Positions 50,224 to 59,047 of a stretch of DNA of 64,000 bases are shown here, piece after piece (within the stretch, counting starts at the first letter, position 1; the number at the start of each line of letters is the position of its first letter). The stretch comes from a virus, in the IMG/VR virus record IMGVR_UViG_3300027754_000055, positions 45,653 through 109,652 of that record, one strand, 5' to 3'. Below the pieces are notes generated by a model that saw only the letters and a list, made by a program, of their open reading frames with translations, did no database searches and was not told the origin of the DNA. A program made the translations under genes and the position numbers.

Positions 50224-50532
50224 TCACTCTGTTTCTTGTTCGCCATCACGCTCCGAATAAAACCGAGCCAGTGTTTCATAAAGACGCCGAGCCTGTGAGC
50301 CGTTCAGTTCTAGACGGGCTGTACGGCGGCTATCACGACGAGTACGGGACAGTGGAACGATCATTTCCATACGCATGGCCTTTTTCTCTCCACGTTGTTC
50401 AATCGATACACCAACTGTACGGGCATTTGACGCATCAAGATTGATACGATTGCGATGTGAGGTTGAGTTTGGCCGAGTGCCAATGCGAACTAGTGAATCG
50501 TAAGAAGTAGTTGTTGTTTCATATTTTGACAT
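50224..50532 (-). CDS. basic hypothetical protein
   Basis: Arg-rich, higher-GC ORF with an AAAGG RBS. Confidence 0.7.
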   Translation of the reverse strand: MSKYETTTTSYDSLVRIGTRPNSTSHRNRINLDASNARTVGVSIEQRGEKKAMRMEMIVPLSRTRRDSRRTARLELNGSQARRLYETLARFYSERDGEQETE

Positions 50533-50624
50533 ATTTTTTACCTTTATTTGGACGCCGAAGTAGCGCCCCTTTCTGATAAACAGTATGCCATAGTGTTAAT
50601 GATAAGTCAATTGATTAGTAGCGT

Positions 50625-50807
50625 CTATTCATCTTGCTCGTAATCTTTTGTAAAGTCCTCTTCGGTTTGCTCTTCTTTTAAGTTTTCTTCTTTACGTTCA
50701 ATGATTGGTATATAAATCCGTAAATATTCTGCTTGTACGAAGCGATCTCTTTTGTATGGGCTATTTTTTGGACGCAAACGTTTTTCTTTTTCATGTCGTG
50801 AACTCAT
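50625..50807 (-). CDS. hypothetical protein
   Basis: Basic N-terminus and acidic C-terminus; last gene of the sigma operon. Confidence 0.55.
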   Translation of the reverse strand: MSSRHEKEKRLRPKNSPYKRDRFVQAEYLRIYIPIIERKEENLKEEQTEEDFTKDYEQDE

Positions 50808-50812
50808 ATAAT

Positions 50813-51373
50813 TTAGTACCTGTTCTTTTTCCTTTCTTTGTTAAGAACTATGTTAGGCGTTGTATTGAAATTAGGCGTTTCTTCTGAAGATGTAATGACC
50901 TCTCCGGATTCTTGTGTATCTTGCTTGGTTTTTGTATCTACTGCCTCTGCTTCACTCATTACATTTCCTTCAGCCACTGCTTCTGTTGCGGCGACTGAAT
51001 CCGCTGTATCAAGTTGACTGATAGGCTTGACGGTAGTGGTTGCTTCTGTAGCCACTTCTATTTCATGCTGTTGTATTGCTAGTATTTGATGAACGGATTC
51101 TGGAATTGTTGGGATGTCGGTTTTTTCAACCGGTAATTCTATTGGCAATAAAATAACTGGTACGTCTGTCTCAGCTTTTTTTATAAGCTCTTGTAGAACT
51201 GCGGCGATAGAATGATTAAGACTCCAAGAGGAATTCTCTAGTAAATTCTCTAGAGCTTCCTTTGAAGTAATTGAATTTACAGAAAGCCAATTTTGTAATG
51301 ATATTTTTTTCCTTATTAGGAAAGATTCTAGGTTTGGTGCGGTTGATTTACTGTTTGGTTTACCTGCTGGCAT
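50813..51373 (-). CDS. hypothetical protein
   Basis: 186-aa ORF in the sigma operon. Confidence 0.65.
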   Translation of the reverse strand: MPAGKPNSKSTAPNLESFLIRKKISLQNWLSVNSITSKEALENLLENSSWSLNHSIAAVLQELIKKAETDVPVILLPIELPVEKTDIPTIPESVHQILAIQQHEIEVATEATTTVKPISQLDTADSVAATEAVAEGNVMSEAEAVDTKTKQDTQESGEVITSSEETPNFNTTPNIVLNKERKKNRY

Positions 51374-51636
51374 TTTTCATCTTCCTCTTGTATGCTAAGA
51401 GTTAGGATATCGCCAATAACTTCATGAATGTCCTGCCGCATAATTAAAGACAATGCCTCATCTTCGTCTATAGGATGACCAAGTTCGCTAGAAACACTAC
51501 GAATAAACTTCTTCATACCAGATAGAAGAATGTTTCTGGCGGTTGCGTGATTCATTTTATATCCTAAATCAGTCATCTTAGCGGCAATTGTGCGATAGTC
51601 TTCACCTTCAGTTATAGTTATATATTTGTTATTCAT
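51328..51636 (-). CDS. sigma region 4.2-like HTH protein
   Basis: EGEDYRTIAAKM...NHATARNILLSGMKKF; ATGA-coupled to the sigma gene. Confidence 0.55.
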   Translation of the reverse strand: MNNKYITITEGEDYRTIAAKMTDLGYKMNHATARNILLSGMKKFIRSVSSELGHPIDEDEALSLIMRQDIHEVIGDILTLSIQEEDEKCQQVNQTVNQPHQT

Positions 51637-52379
51637 TTACTTGTTTCACTTTCCATTTTTATAATTTTATCACTTTCGAAGCCATACCGTTGCAACAAGA
51701 TGTGTTTTTCTCTTGTGCTTAGCTCTTTAAATGCCTTAACGCTTGCCAAGATTATTTTCTTTTTATCAAAACCAAGTGAAAAATCCGAAGTATCGCTTGG
51801 TATAATATCTCTTAGGGATTTATTAGCACTGTCGCCAGATGAAGAAATTGGCATATCTAGACAAATATGATTCCAGGTTTTAGTTTTATTTGCAGCTTCG
51901 ATCGAAGCAAACATTTTTTCTGTCATCCCGATTTCTTCGAGAGTTTCTTTGGAAATATCTCTAACTAGGATTGATCTCTCTTTTGCTAAATTTTCTAATT
52001 TATTTCTTGCTGTTCGGATATGAGACGGAATATGAAAGATAGGCTCTTCGTCCAATAAATAAGAGTTTACACTTTGACGAATCCACCAAGTAGCATAAGT
52101 TGAAAACTTAAAACCAAGTTCTGGTTTATAACCATCGATAGCATCGAACAATCCAAGATGGCCTTCTTGCAGTAAATCATTGCGTAATGTCTTGTGTTTT
52201 GGCTTTTTGCTATAAAATTTATTAATAACGAATGTAACAAGCTTTGCATTTCTTTGCGCTAAATCATTACGAATTTTTTGGTTAGAAGTAATAAGTTTAC
52301 CTTCCTCGCTAAGAACCTTGGTTGTTTGATAGAATTTAAATAAATCTATATCATCTATCGTTGCTTCTTTTTCTTTCAT
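51633..52379 (-). CDS. RNA polymerase sigma-70-family factor lacking the region 4.2 HTH
   Basis: Region 2 NAKLV..DLLQEGHLGLFDAIDGY..GFKFSTYATWWIRQ; region 3 LDMPI; ends LSTREKHILLQRYG. Confidence 0.88.
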   Translation of the reverse strand: MKEKEATIDDIDLFKFYQTTKVLSEEGKLITSNQKIRNDLAQRNAKLVTFVINKFYSKKPKHKTLRNDLLQEGHLGLFDAIDGYKPELGFKFSTYATWWIRQSVNSYLLDEEPIFHIPSHIRTARNKLENLAKERSILVRDISKETLEEIGMTEKMFASIEAANKTKTWNHICLDMPISSSGDSANKSLRDIIPSDTSDFSLGFDKKKIILASVKAFKELSTREKHILLQRYGFESDKIIKMESETSK

Positions 52380-52470
52380 AAAATCTCCTTATACAAATCA
52401 TAACACATTCTTTTTTAAAATCAAGTGTTTTACAAATATTATTTTTCTTCCTATTATTATATCATAAACT

Positions 52471-52794
52471 ATGATAAAATTACCAGAAGAAAGAAAAATA
52501 CAAGACGTAAGAAATGTCCCATTAGAAGTGGGAAAATTATATGAATATGTCTGTAAATGGCAAAGACCAATGATGCAGAAACCAAGGGGAAAATATATTT
52601 CAACTTGGTCAAACTCTATGGTATCCCCCGGTGAAACTTTTATGATTATAGAAAAATTACCGAGAACAATATCATATGTTAAAATCTGCGTAATAGCAAC
52701 AGGAAGAATAGGCTGGATTTATACTGGGTTCACTAATGGTTCTTGGCAATGCCGCAGTGATTCACTATCCGATATAATGAAAAAATTAATATGA
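52471..52794 (+). CDS. SH3-like paralogue
   Basis: LEVGKLYE ... YVKICVIATGRIGWI. Confidence 0.65.
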   Translation: MIKLPEERKIQDVRNVPLEVGKLYEYVCKWQRPMMQKPRGKYISTWSNSMVSPGETFMIIEKLPRTISYVKICVIATGRIGWIYTGFTNGSWQCRSDSLSDIMKKLI

Positions 52795-53231
52795 TTGATC
52801 AAAAAGATTATTGCCATTGCTGCAATAAGTTACCAGAAGAAGGAAATATAATCCTGCCTTCTTCTGGTATCCTTCGTGGCAAAGAAAAAACTAAATTTAC
52901 TGGTATGATCATTGTTAAAAACAGACCCATTTGTGGTGAACTACTCACAGGACAAGCCTATGAGCTTCTAAAGAGTTTGTCTCTAGAACTTTAAGCACTT
53001 CACCGAAAATTACCGCTGGCAAGCCAGTTGGTTTTATATTCTCTCCATGCTCGTAATCGTTCGTTCCAAACGATATCGGAAAAATTAATTGCTCCGATAA
53101 TTTTAATTATTATGCAAAATATGTTTTTGTTTAAATTATTTTAAATTGAATCGCATTCATCCCACAGGACGAGCCTGTGGGTTTTCTGCTCATGCAATAA
53201 ATGCAATAGATATTTTGAATTTTTCTATTGA
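52791..53231 (+). pseudogene. zinc-finger gene interrupted by the non-autonomous element
   Basis: Joining 52935 to 53197 gives MIDQKDYCHCC...RPIC-D-KCNRYFEFFY*, restoring the second CxxC. Confidence 0.8.
52936..53196 (-). mobile_element. 261-bp non-autonomous IS200/IS605 derivative carrying an omega-RNA
   Basis: Left end matches 31829-31877; right ~140 bp homologous to 30521-30660; TTTAT target; no internal ORF. Confidence 0.9.
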
Positions 53232-56123
53232 TTACCTAAACATCCACCAGAACTCTTTTTTCAATTCTGAATCAAATTTCACCGCATTTTTATTAACGCC
53301 ATGAGGCAATTTTTTACCTTGAAATTTATTTTCTATATCCTTATAGCCCCTGCTCATACCAGCCAATAAAGAATTAGCCATAGTTTGATTCGCAGCCATC
53401 ATCCCAAGATATCCTTGCTGGGCAGCACTTGGTGTAAAAATCTGCAAACCAACACCCATTGCCAAAATAAGATCATCATGGCGTTTTTTCAATGCCTGCC
53501 CACGCTTACCATTCCAGATAAATGTTTCCATTTGCTCAACAAATCTAAGAGAATAAATCTTTATCTGATGATTGCGGATAACTTGCTCTAGATTCTCAAG
53601 TATAGGCTCTCTGTTTTTTGATGTGATCGTAAAACCGGGTAGAATATCCTTCTTCTCATCCGGCGTCATGCCTACCATCTTCTCTGCCAAATCTGGATCG
53701 TAGTATACGTTTTTATATTCTGAGTCTCTTAGCTTGATTGCTGTGGCGATCCCTACTGTATTTTTTTCATTTACGATCAGTGCATCATTGTATTTTTTAC
53801 CAATTTCAATCAAAAATTCACCAAATCTATCTGGTGCAATTTTACCCATATATTCTGCGACCACTTCGCTTTCATTGGTATCAAATATATGGAAAGTGGA
53901 ATAATCTTCTGCATCTCCTCTAGCGACATCGGCGGCAATAACATATTTATGCTCAGGGATTGGAGTCTTCCAGATATGCATGTCATTGCCTTTGCCATTA
54001 GGACCAGCATATCCAATTGGAGGATATGATAGGTTTCTTACATAGTCAATATCTGCTTGAGAAAAGAAAGTTAACGCCGAACTTTCGAAGGAACAATTAT
54101 GAACGACCAATCCATTAACAATATATGAATGGTCTTCTTCAACCTCTATATTGTAAACGATGGGGCATTTTTCCTTATCAAATCGTTTGTATTGTATATT
54201 GCCAATGATTTCATCATTAATTAATTTTGTACGGCTACCGGATTTCTCTAATGATGTTTTATTTGTCTGCAATGCCTCAAGTATAGTAGGAGATGGTAAT
54301 AGGTCAACTCCATCTATTTCATAGTATCCAGTTTTATAATTTATTCTACCATAATGGCCGAATGCCGCCAATAATATTTTAATTTGGCTAAGCAACTTCG
54401 GAGATCGTGTTACTACCTTTATTTTTTTACCAAAATTATTAGATGAAGCAGCCTCCAAATGATCGCCATCACCATCAAAGTGACCAACTAAATAACCCTT
54501 AATGAAATCGATATTTGTAGATAAAAAAGTGTCAAATTTCAGGTATTTTTTTGTTGCATCTCCTGCGTTTACAAAATTCCTATAAAGCTCAATAATATAT
54601 TTGTTGCTGGTATGGACCGTAAAACACTTACTATATGATCTAATATTTACACAATATTTTACACCAAGTTTATCATAGAAGTCTGTTATAAATTTTCCAA
54701 GAGTATCTAGTTCGTTGGTATGAAAAGCTAACTGTAGATTTTCTGTTAATGCACGACCCTTTGAATAATTTTTATTAACACATCCTTCAGCTACACACAA
54801 ACCAATATACCTACCAAGGTCAAAATCAACATCTACCATTCGGTTTATCGTTTCGGAGCGTTGCCTCCAGTAGCTAATTTTACCATCTGGCATCATTTTC
54901 TTCTTTTGAACATCAAAGGACCATAAATCGATTTTATCCGTAATTTTTCCAATGATATTATTAATATAATTTGCTGGCTGAAGTGAAGAAAAAAATCTAT
55001 CGGCATATGTTTTCTGAAATTTATCAATCTCATCAAGAGAATAAAAATCAGATTTAATACCTTCGTCTATTATCTTTTTCCATGGCGATACAGTAGAAGT
55101 GCAATGAAATTTTTTACCATACAAAGGATGATTTCCTGTAATCAAAAGGTCTTCTTCTCTATTGCATGGCACTGAGACTTGATACACGTTTTCTTCTTGG
55201 TCTACTAGCCTAGACCCTACATTTATTACTGGTTTAAATCTTCCTTTATGAGTAAGTACCATGTCCCCAATGGAGATATCACTGGCAAATTTAAACCCAT
55301 CAAATGTCTGAATACGAGACTGTGGCCCAACACATAATAATTCCTGAGCTATTCCCTGGGAAGACATAGCTCTTGATTCTTCCTCAAACCATTTATCATC
55401 ACGCTCTGGGTGCACCGTCCATGGTAATTTTATTCCGTGGAATCCATTTTTCCCTACAGAAGTACAATGTAAGCCAATTTTATCTTTTTCATATTCATTG
55501 GTATCTGCGCCCATCCATAATTGATAAAAGAAATTTTTACCTTTTGGAGATGAGAACATGATTGCTCGACCGCCAGTGCTAAGCGTTGGTTTTAAACCAA
55601 GCCATAACTCTTCTAAGTTTTCAATATGAGCACATTCGTCTATCACGAGAAGCGTAACCGCTGATGAGCGACCCGCATCGGCAGAGGTTGGGATTGCAGT
55701 TATTCTTGAGCCATTATTGAATTTGATATATTTTACAGATTCTGCTTCAGGCTCTGTGAGGTCCAACATATTGAGCATCCAAGCTGGTAACATTTTGAAT
55801 GCTGTGCGTATTTTTTGAATCATTGCTTTACCAACTTCTAGTTTGGTAGCCATGATCAAAATTTCGGCATCTCTACGAAACAATGCCATCCACAAGCAAT
55901 ATGCTGAAGTGGTAGTTGATAAACCAAGCTGACGACCTTTTACTACTATATTAAATCGATAGTTTAAAAAATCATCAATGCATTGCTCTTGAAATTTATA
56001 AAGTTCAAAAGGCAAACGTCCTTTTGTTGGGTGCTGGATATAGAGGTATTTTTTAATGAAATACATTGGTTCTTCACCGCATTTCATTATTTCGTCAACT
56101 TGCTCTTTTTTATTTAACGCCAT
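53232..56123 (-). CDS. terL: terminase large subunit (T4 gp17-like) with intein
   Basis: LYKFQ, KGRQLGLST, LVIDECAH, SSPKG, nuclease AADVARG..DYS, NEKN, HDDLILA. Confidence 0.92.
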   Translation of the reverse strand: MALNKKEQVDEIMKCGEEPMYFIKKYLYIQHPTKGRLPFELYKFQEQCIDDFLNYRFNIVVKGRQLGLSTTTSAYCLWMALFRRDAEILIMATKLEVGKAMIQKIRTAFKMLPAWMLNMLDLTEPEAESVKYIKFNNGSRITAIPTSADAGRSSAVTLLVIDECAHIENLEELWLGLKPTLSTGGRAIMFSSPKGKNFFYQLWMGADTNEYEKDKIGLHCTSVGKNGFHGIKLPWTVHPERDDKWFEEESRAMSSQGIAQELLCVGPQSRIQTFDGFKFASDISIGDMVLTHKGRFKPVINVGSRLVDQEENVYQVSVPCNREEDLLITGNHPLYGKKFHCTSTVSPWKKIIDEGIKSDFYSLDEIDKFQKTYADRFFSSLQPANYINNIIGKITDKIDLWSFDVQKKKMMPDGKISYWRQRSETINRMVDVDFDLGRYIGLCVAEGCVNKNYSKGRALTENLQLAFHTNELDTLGKFITDFYDKLGVKYCVNIRSYSKCFTVHTSNKYIIELYRNFVNAGDATKKYLKFDTFLSTNIDFIKGYLVGHFDGDGDHLEAASSNNFGKKIKVVTRSPKLLSQIKILLAAFGHYGRINYKTGYYEIDGVDLLPSPTILEALQTNKTSLEKSGSRTKLINDEIIGNIQYKRFDKEKCPIVYNIEVEEDHSYIVNGLVVHNCSFESSALTFFSQADIDYVRNLSYPPIGYAGPNGKGNDMHIWKTPIPEHKYVIAADVARGDAEDYSTFHIFDTNESEVVAEYMGKIAPDRFGEFLIEIGKKYNDALIVNEKNTVGIATAIKLRDSEYKNVYYDPDLAEKMVGMTPDEKKDILPGFTITSKNREPILENLEQVIRNHQIKIYSLRFVEQMETFIWNGKRGQALKKRHDDLILAMGVGLQIFTPSAAQQGYLGMMAANQTMANSLLAGMSRGYKDIENKFQGKKLPHGVNKNAVKFDSELKKEFWWMFR
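54096..55334 (-). mobile_element. intein with LAGLIDADG endonuclease (413 aa) in TerL
   Basis: QELL|CVGPQS, block B ITGNHP, IGLCVAEG and LVGHFDGDG, VYNIEVEEDHSYIVNGLVVHN|CSF. Confidence 0.92.
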
Positions 56124-56151
56124 ATTTTTCGATAATTTAATTATTCAAAAC

Positions 56152-56601
56152 TCAGCTTATATTGGCCAAGCATTCCAATCTGAAAATGCAGGTTTTCTCT
56201 GTGTTATATGCTGACATGCCAATATGTTCAATGCCTTCTTGGATTGTGGAAGAATCTAGGCTTAGTTTTACTGTTTTTGGTGCTGGTTCTTCATGTTTTT
56301 CTACTTTTGGTTCAAGTAGGTTTGATTTTGTATCAATTGCACGTTTATATTCATCGGCAATTCTTTCAAGTCTTTGTTTGATTATTTCCAGCATTTCTTC
56401 TCTATATTTGCGTCTCATTTCGTGATACATGTTTGTACCACCGAGGCGAACAATTATTTGAGCTTTTATTTGAATAGTATTTTCAAGCGGCATGGTCATT
56501 TTGACAAAATGGTTTGGGTAAGCTTTTTCAGAAGATTTACCGAAACTTGTATCAAGCAGACCTGAAAGAATTCTATAGCGAGCACGTTGTTGAATAGGCA
56601 T
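56152..56601 (-). CDS. hypothetical protein upstream of terL
   Basis: AAAGGA RBS; TACTTA at 56625-56630. Confidence 0.65.
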   Translation of the reverse strand: MPIQQRARYRILSGLLDTSFGKSSEKAYPNHFVKMTMPLENTIQIKAQIIVRLGGTNMYHEMRRKYREEMLEIIKQRLERIADEYKRAIDTKSNLLEPKVEKHEEPAPKTVKLSLDSSTIQEGIEHIGMSAYNTEKTCIFRLECLANIS

Positions 56602-56636
56602 AATAATTTAATCCTTTTGCTGGATAAGTATTGAAT

Positions 56637-56933
56637 TCATTTAAAGTTTATTTGGGGCAAAAATACTAAGTGTCTTCTTTCCATATATAATTTCCATCGT
56701 TCGCTGCTTTTGTCTGGTGTTTCGTTGCTACTGGCCCAATTTAGTTCGCACATATGGCAGCAAGTATGGTTTCTGTAACTTTCAGCATCTTCTGCTTGCT
56801 TCATTGGATATTCGCATGTAGGGCAAAAGAATGGAATGATGATTTTATCGTTATTCAGCGGAGATATAACCACAACTTTGCCGCCATGAAGAATTTTTAT
56901 ATTCTTATCGTTATCAATAATATTTTGTTGCAT
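56637..56933 (-). CDS. zinc-binding hypothetical protein
   Basis: CPTC and CCHMC motifs. Confidence 0.65.
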   Translation of the reverse strand: MQQNIIDNDKNIKILHGGKVVVISPLNNDKIIIPFFCPTCEYPMKQAEDAESYRNHTCCHMCELNWASSNETPDKSSERWKLYMERRHLVFLPQINFK

Positions 56934-57054
56934 ATGCTTTAATATTTAACATATCGCCATTAATGTTTGAAATAACGTCAGTTGCTATGAATATTGATTG
57001 TATTTGTAAAATTTGATAGACAACAAAGAATATGCCATGATAATTAGATATCAT

Positions 57055-58236
57055 ATGGCAACAATTAGAGATTATAGAATAGTTTATGGAGTAAGCCCAA
57101 CCAGAGTTCCAAAGTATATCATCAATAGGCTATTGGAAAACAATGATACTTTATCAGAAACGGAAGCGAAAGAAATAATTTCTAACAAGAAGCTTATTGC
57201 AATCGTTCCAGAAAAAATATTCGCAGAAGTTAATAGGGTCACGCAAAATTTCAATATTCATGTTTTAAAAGAGCCTTATAATTTAAACACACTAAAAGAA
57301 ATTAATGATGAAGACTTGGCAGATAAACAAAAAATATTATCAAAATTCTTAGGTGCTAATCAAGACGAGTCCAAACGAATAATTCCATTAAACGATAAAA
57401 AATTTGATATAGGCAAAAAAGTTGATTGGTTGGTAGTGGATGAAAGTGATGTAACGAGGAAAGAAATACTTTTTCTTAAAAGCTTAAATACCGAAATAGG
57501 TAAATTTGAAAAACCAATTAATATACTCGTTAGATCAAGTGTAGAAAAAGAAAAATTTAAAATTTTTTATAACGTAACGCAAATAAAAAAACATGATCTT
57601 GTACAGGGTGGGGCTGACTTTTTAATAATTGATAATAAAGGCAAAGAAATTGGTTCGTTTTCTTACAAACATCAAGAAGGCAAAAGTATAGCAGAAAGAT
57701 ATAAAGGTTTTATAAAAAAATTAGCGTTTTATATAAAAACTGAACAGTACAAGAAATTATCTGACGTATTTCAGGATTTTGTAAATAAAGTTAAATCGTA
57801 TCAGGACAGCATATATCCTGATAAAATACCTCAAATATATAAAGATTTTTTGACTAAAGAAATTGAAGAAGAATTCATAAGCTTTCTTTATCATGACTAT
57901 GGAGAAAAAAACTATGATTTCGTCATGTTTTCAAATGAAGTACCCATGTTGAAAAAAAATAATTTAACAGATGAATATTGGGAATTATTTCCTGGTGGAG
58001 ATGGTAAAATATTCATTTCTGAATTACCTAGCGAAGAATTAGGGAATTATAAACCATATCTTATGGCTAGATTTGGCTCCGGTGGAACCGGAGGGCTTCG
58101 ATATTTTATTGCTCCTAAAATAAGGGCAATGGCAACTAATAGCAAAAACATTGATGATATCGATCAAAAATTAAATAATGCTGATATATTGAAAGAAATA
58201 TATAGCTCTTTGTTAGAAGAATCTAAGATTAGATAG
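57055..58236 (+). CDS. probable virion protein with a possible PD-(D/E)XK nuclease-like domain
   Basis: GADFLII..SFSYKH motif; TAATTA at 57041-57046; start uncertain (57013, 57037 or 57055). Confidence 0.55.
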   Translation: MATIRDYRIVYGVSPTRVPKYIINRLLENNDTLSETEAKEIISNKKLIAIVPEKIFAEVNRVTQNFNIHVLKEPYNLNTLKEINDEDLADKQKILSKFLGANQDESKRIIPLNDKKFDIGKKVDWLVVDESDVTRKEILFLKSLNTEIGKFEKPINILVRSSVEKEKFKIFYNVTQIKKHDLVQGGADFLIIDNKGKEIGSFSYKHQEGKSIAERYKGFIKKLAFYIKTEQYKKLSDVFQDFVNKVKSYQDSIYPDKIPQIYKDFLTKEIEEEFISFLYHDYGEKNYDFVMFSNEVPMLKKNNLTDEYWELFPGGDGKIFISELPSEELGNYKPYLMARFGSGGTGGLRYFIAPKIRAMATNSKNIDDIDQKLNNADILKEIYSSLLEESKIR

Positions 58237-58240
58237 CCTA

Positions 58241-58714
58241 TTATCCGCAAACACGTGGTCGCAAAGCTCTGCAAACCCTGTTGCTATTTTCACGATTTCG
58301 TTCAACTTCCACTTGAATCCGATTTGAAATACTAATCGCATTTCGTGCATATGGAGTTCCAGTAGCTGTTGCATGGCAAAGACCAGTGCGAAACCGACGT
58401 GCGGCACCTTCCCAGGTATGACAAACTTCGTAAGATCGCCATAAAACTCTTGCGGCTTGCAGTGGCGTACCAGCAACATGCCGCTGCTGTGCAGAGATTG
58501 GCGCTCCCCAATTTCCACCTTCTCCTCGATCACATCCTAGATGCGTTTCCATAAATCCGATAGTTGCAATCATCTCAATTGGCATTTCTGGGTATGATAC
58601 CCGTGATGCTTCTAGTGTTTGTGCGATATATTCTCGTCGCTCAATGATGCAACTTCGTGCTGGGGAATGAGGAAATAGAGTGATAAAAGCGGTGACTAAT
58701 TCTAGTCCTGTCAT
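58241..58714 (-). CDS. putative lysozyme-like/lytic transglycosylase domain protein
   Basis: MPIEMIATIGFMETH resembles the SLT catalytic helix (E-S/T); A.R.L..SY..C..WEGA..RF.TG..YA pattern. Confidence 0.45.
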   Translation of the reverse strand: MTGLELVTAFITLFPHSPARSCIIERREYIAQTLEASRVSYPEMPIEMIATIGFMETHLGCDRGEGGNWGAPISAQQRHVAGTPLQAARVLWRSYEVCHTWEGAARRFRTGLCHATATGTPYARNAISISNRIQVEVERNRENSNRVCRALRPRVCG

Positions 58715-58898
58715 TGTTTTTTTCTTTCTTTTTTATGACCAATTAAATTATTGGTCTTTGTTTTGGCAATTTTTAATTTGCCATATTAGCGTACCTAATA
58801 TTGACACCCGCTAGGTGTCAATGGTTAGGCGCATATGATACGATCGATATTATCGATTTGGTTAACTTAACAGAATTACTGTTATCAGTAATTATTCG

Positions 58899-58970
58899 TG
58901 GACCGTGGCAGAGTCGAACTGCCGAAAACTGTATGCGTGCCAGTTTATTTTCCAACTAACTTAACGGTCC
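58899..58970 (-). ncRNA. tRNA-like RNA with an aberrant anticodon arm
   Basis: Perfect GGACCGT/ACGGTCC acceptor, GGCAG-TTCGACT-CTGCC T arm, D-loop GG; anticodon stem AAACTG/CAGTTT closes a 9-nt loop GCACGCATA lacking U33. Confidence 0.65.
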
Positions 58971-59047
58971 AATGTTATAGAAGCCTTTGTTTCGGAAGCG
59001 TAAAGGCTTGTTTCCAGCTTCTATACCATATCATCTATATAGTGATC

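Noticed and set aside
21675-52794. Diversity-generating retroelement behind the SH3-like or pentapeptide families
   Set aside because: No reverse transcriptase and no near-identical template/variable repeat pair seen in the window
27969-53196. Repeated CACAGGAC(A/G)AGCCTGTG palindromes as a CRISPR array
   Set aside because: They are dispersed, paired at element ends and lack regular spacers; they are IS200/IS605 end hairpins
58899-58970. tmRNA or a standard tRNA call
   Set aside because: No G3-U70 pair, no tag reading frame between the acceptor strands, and the anticodon cannot be assigned
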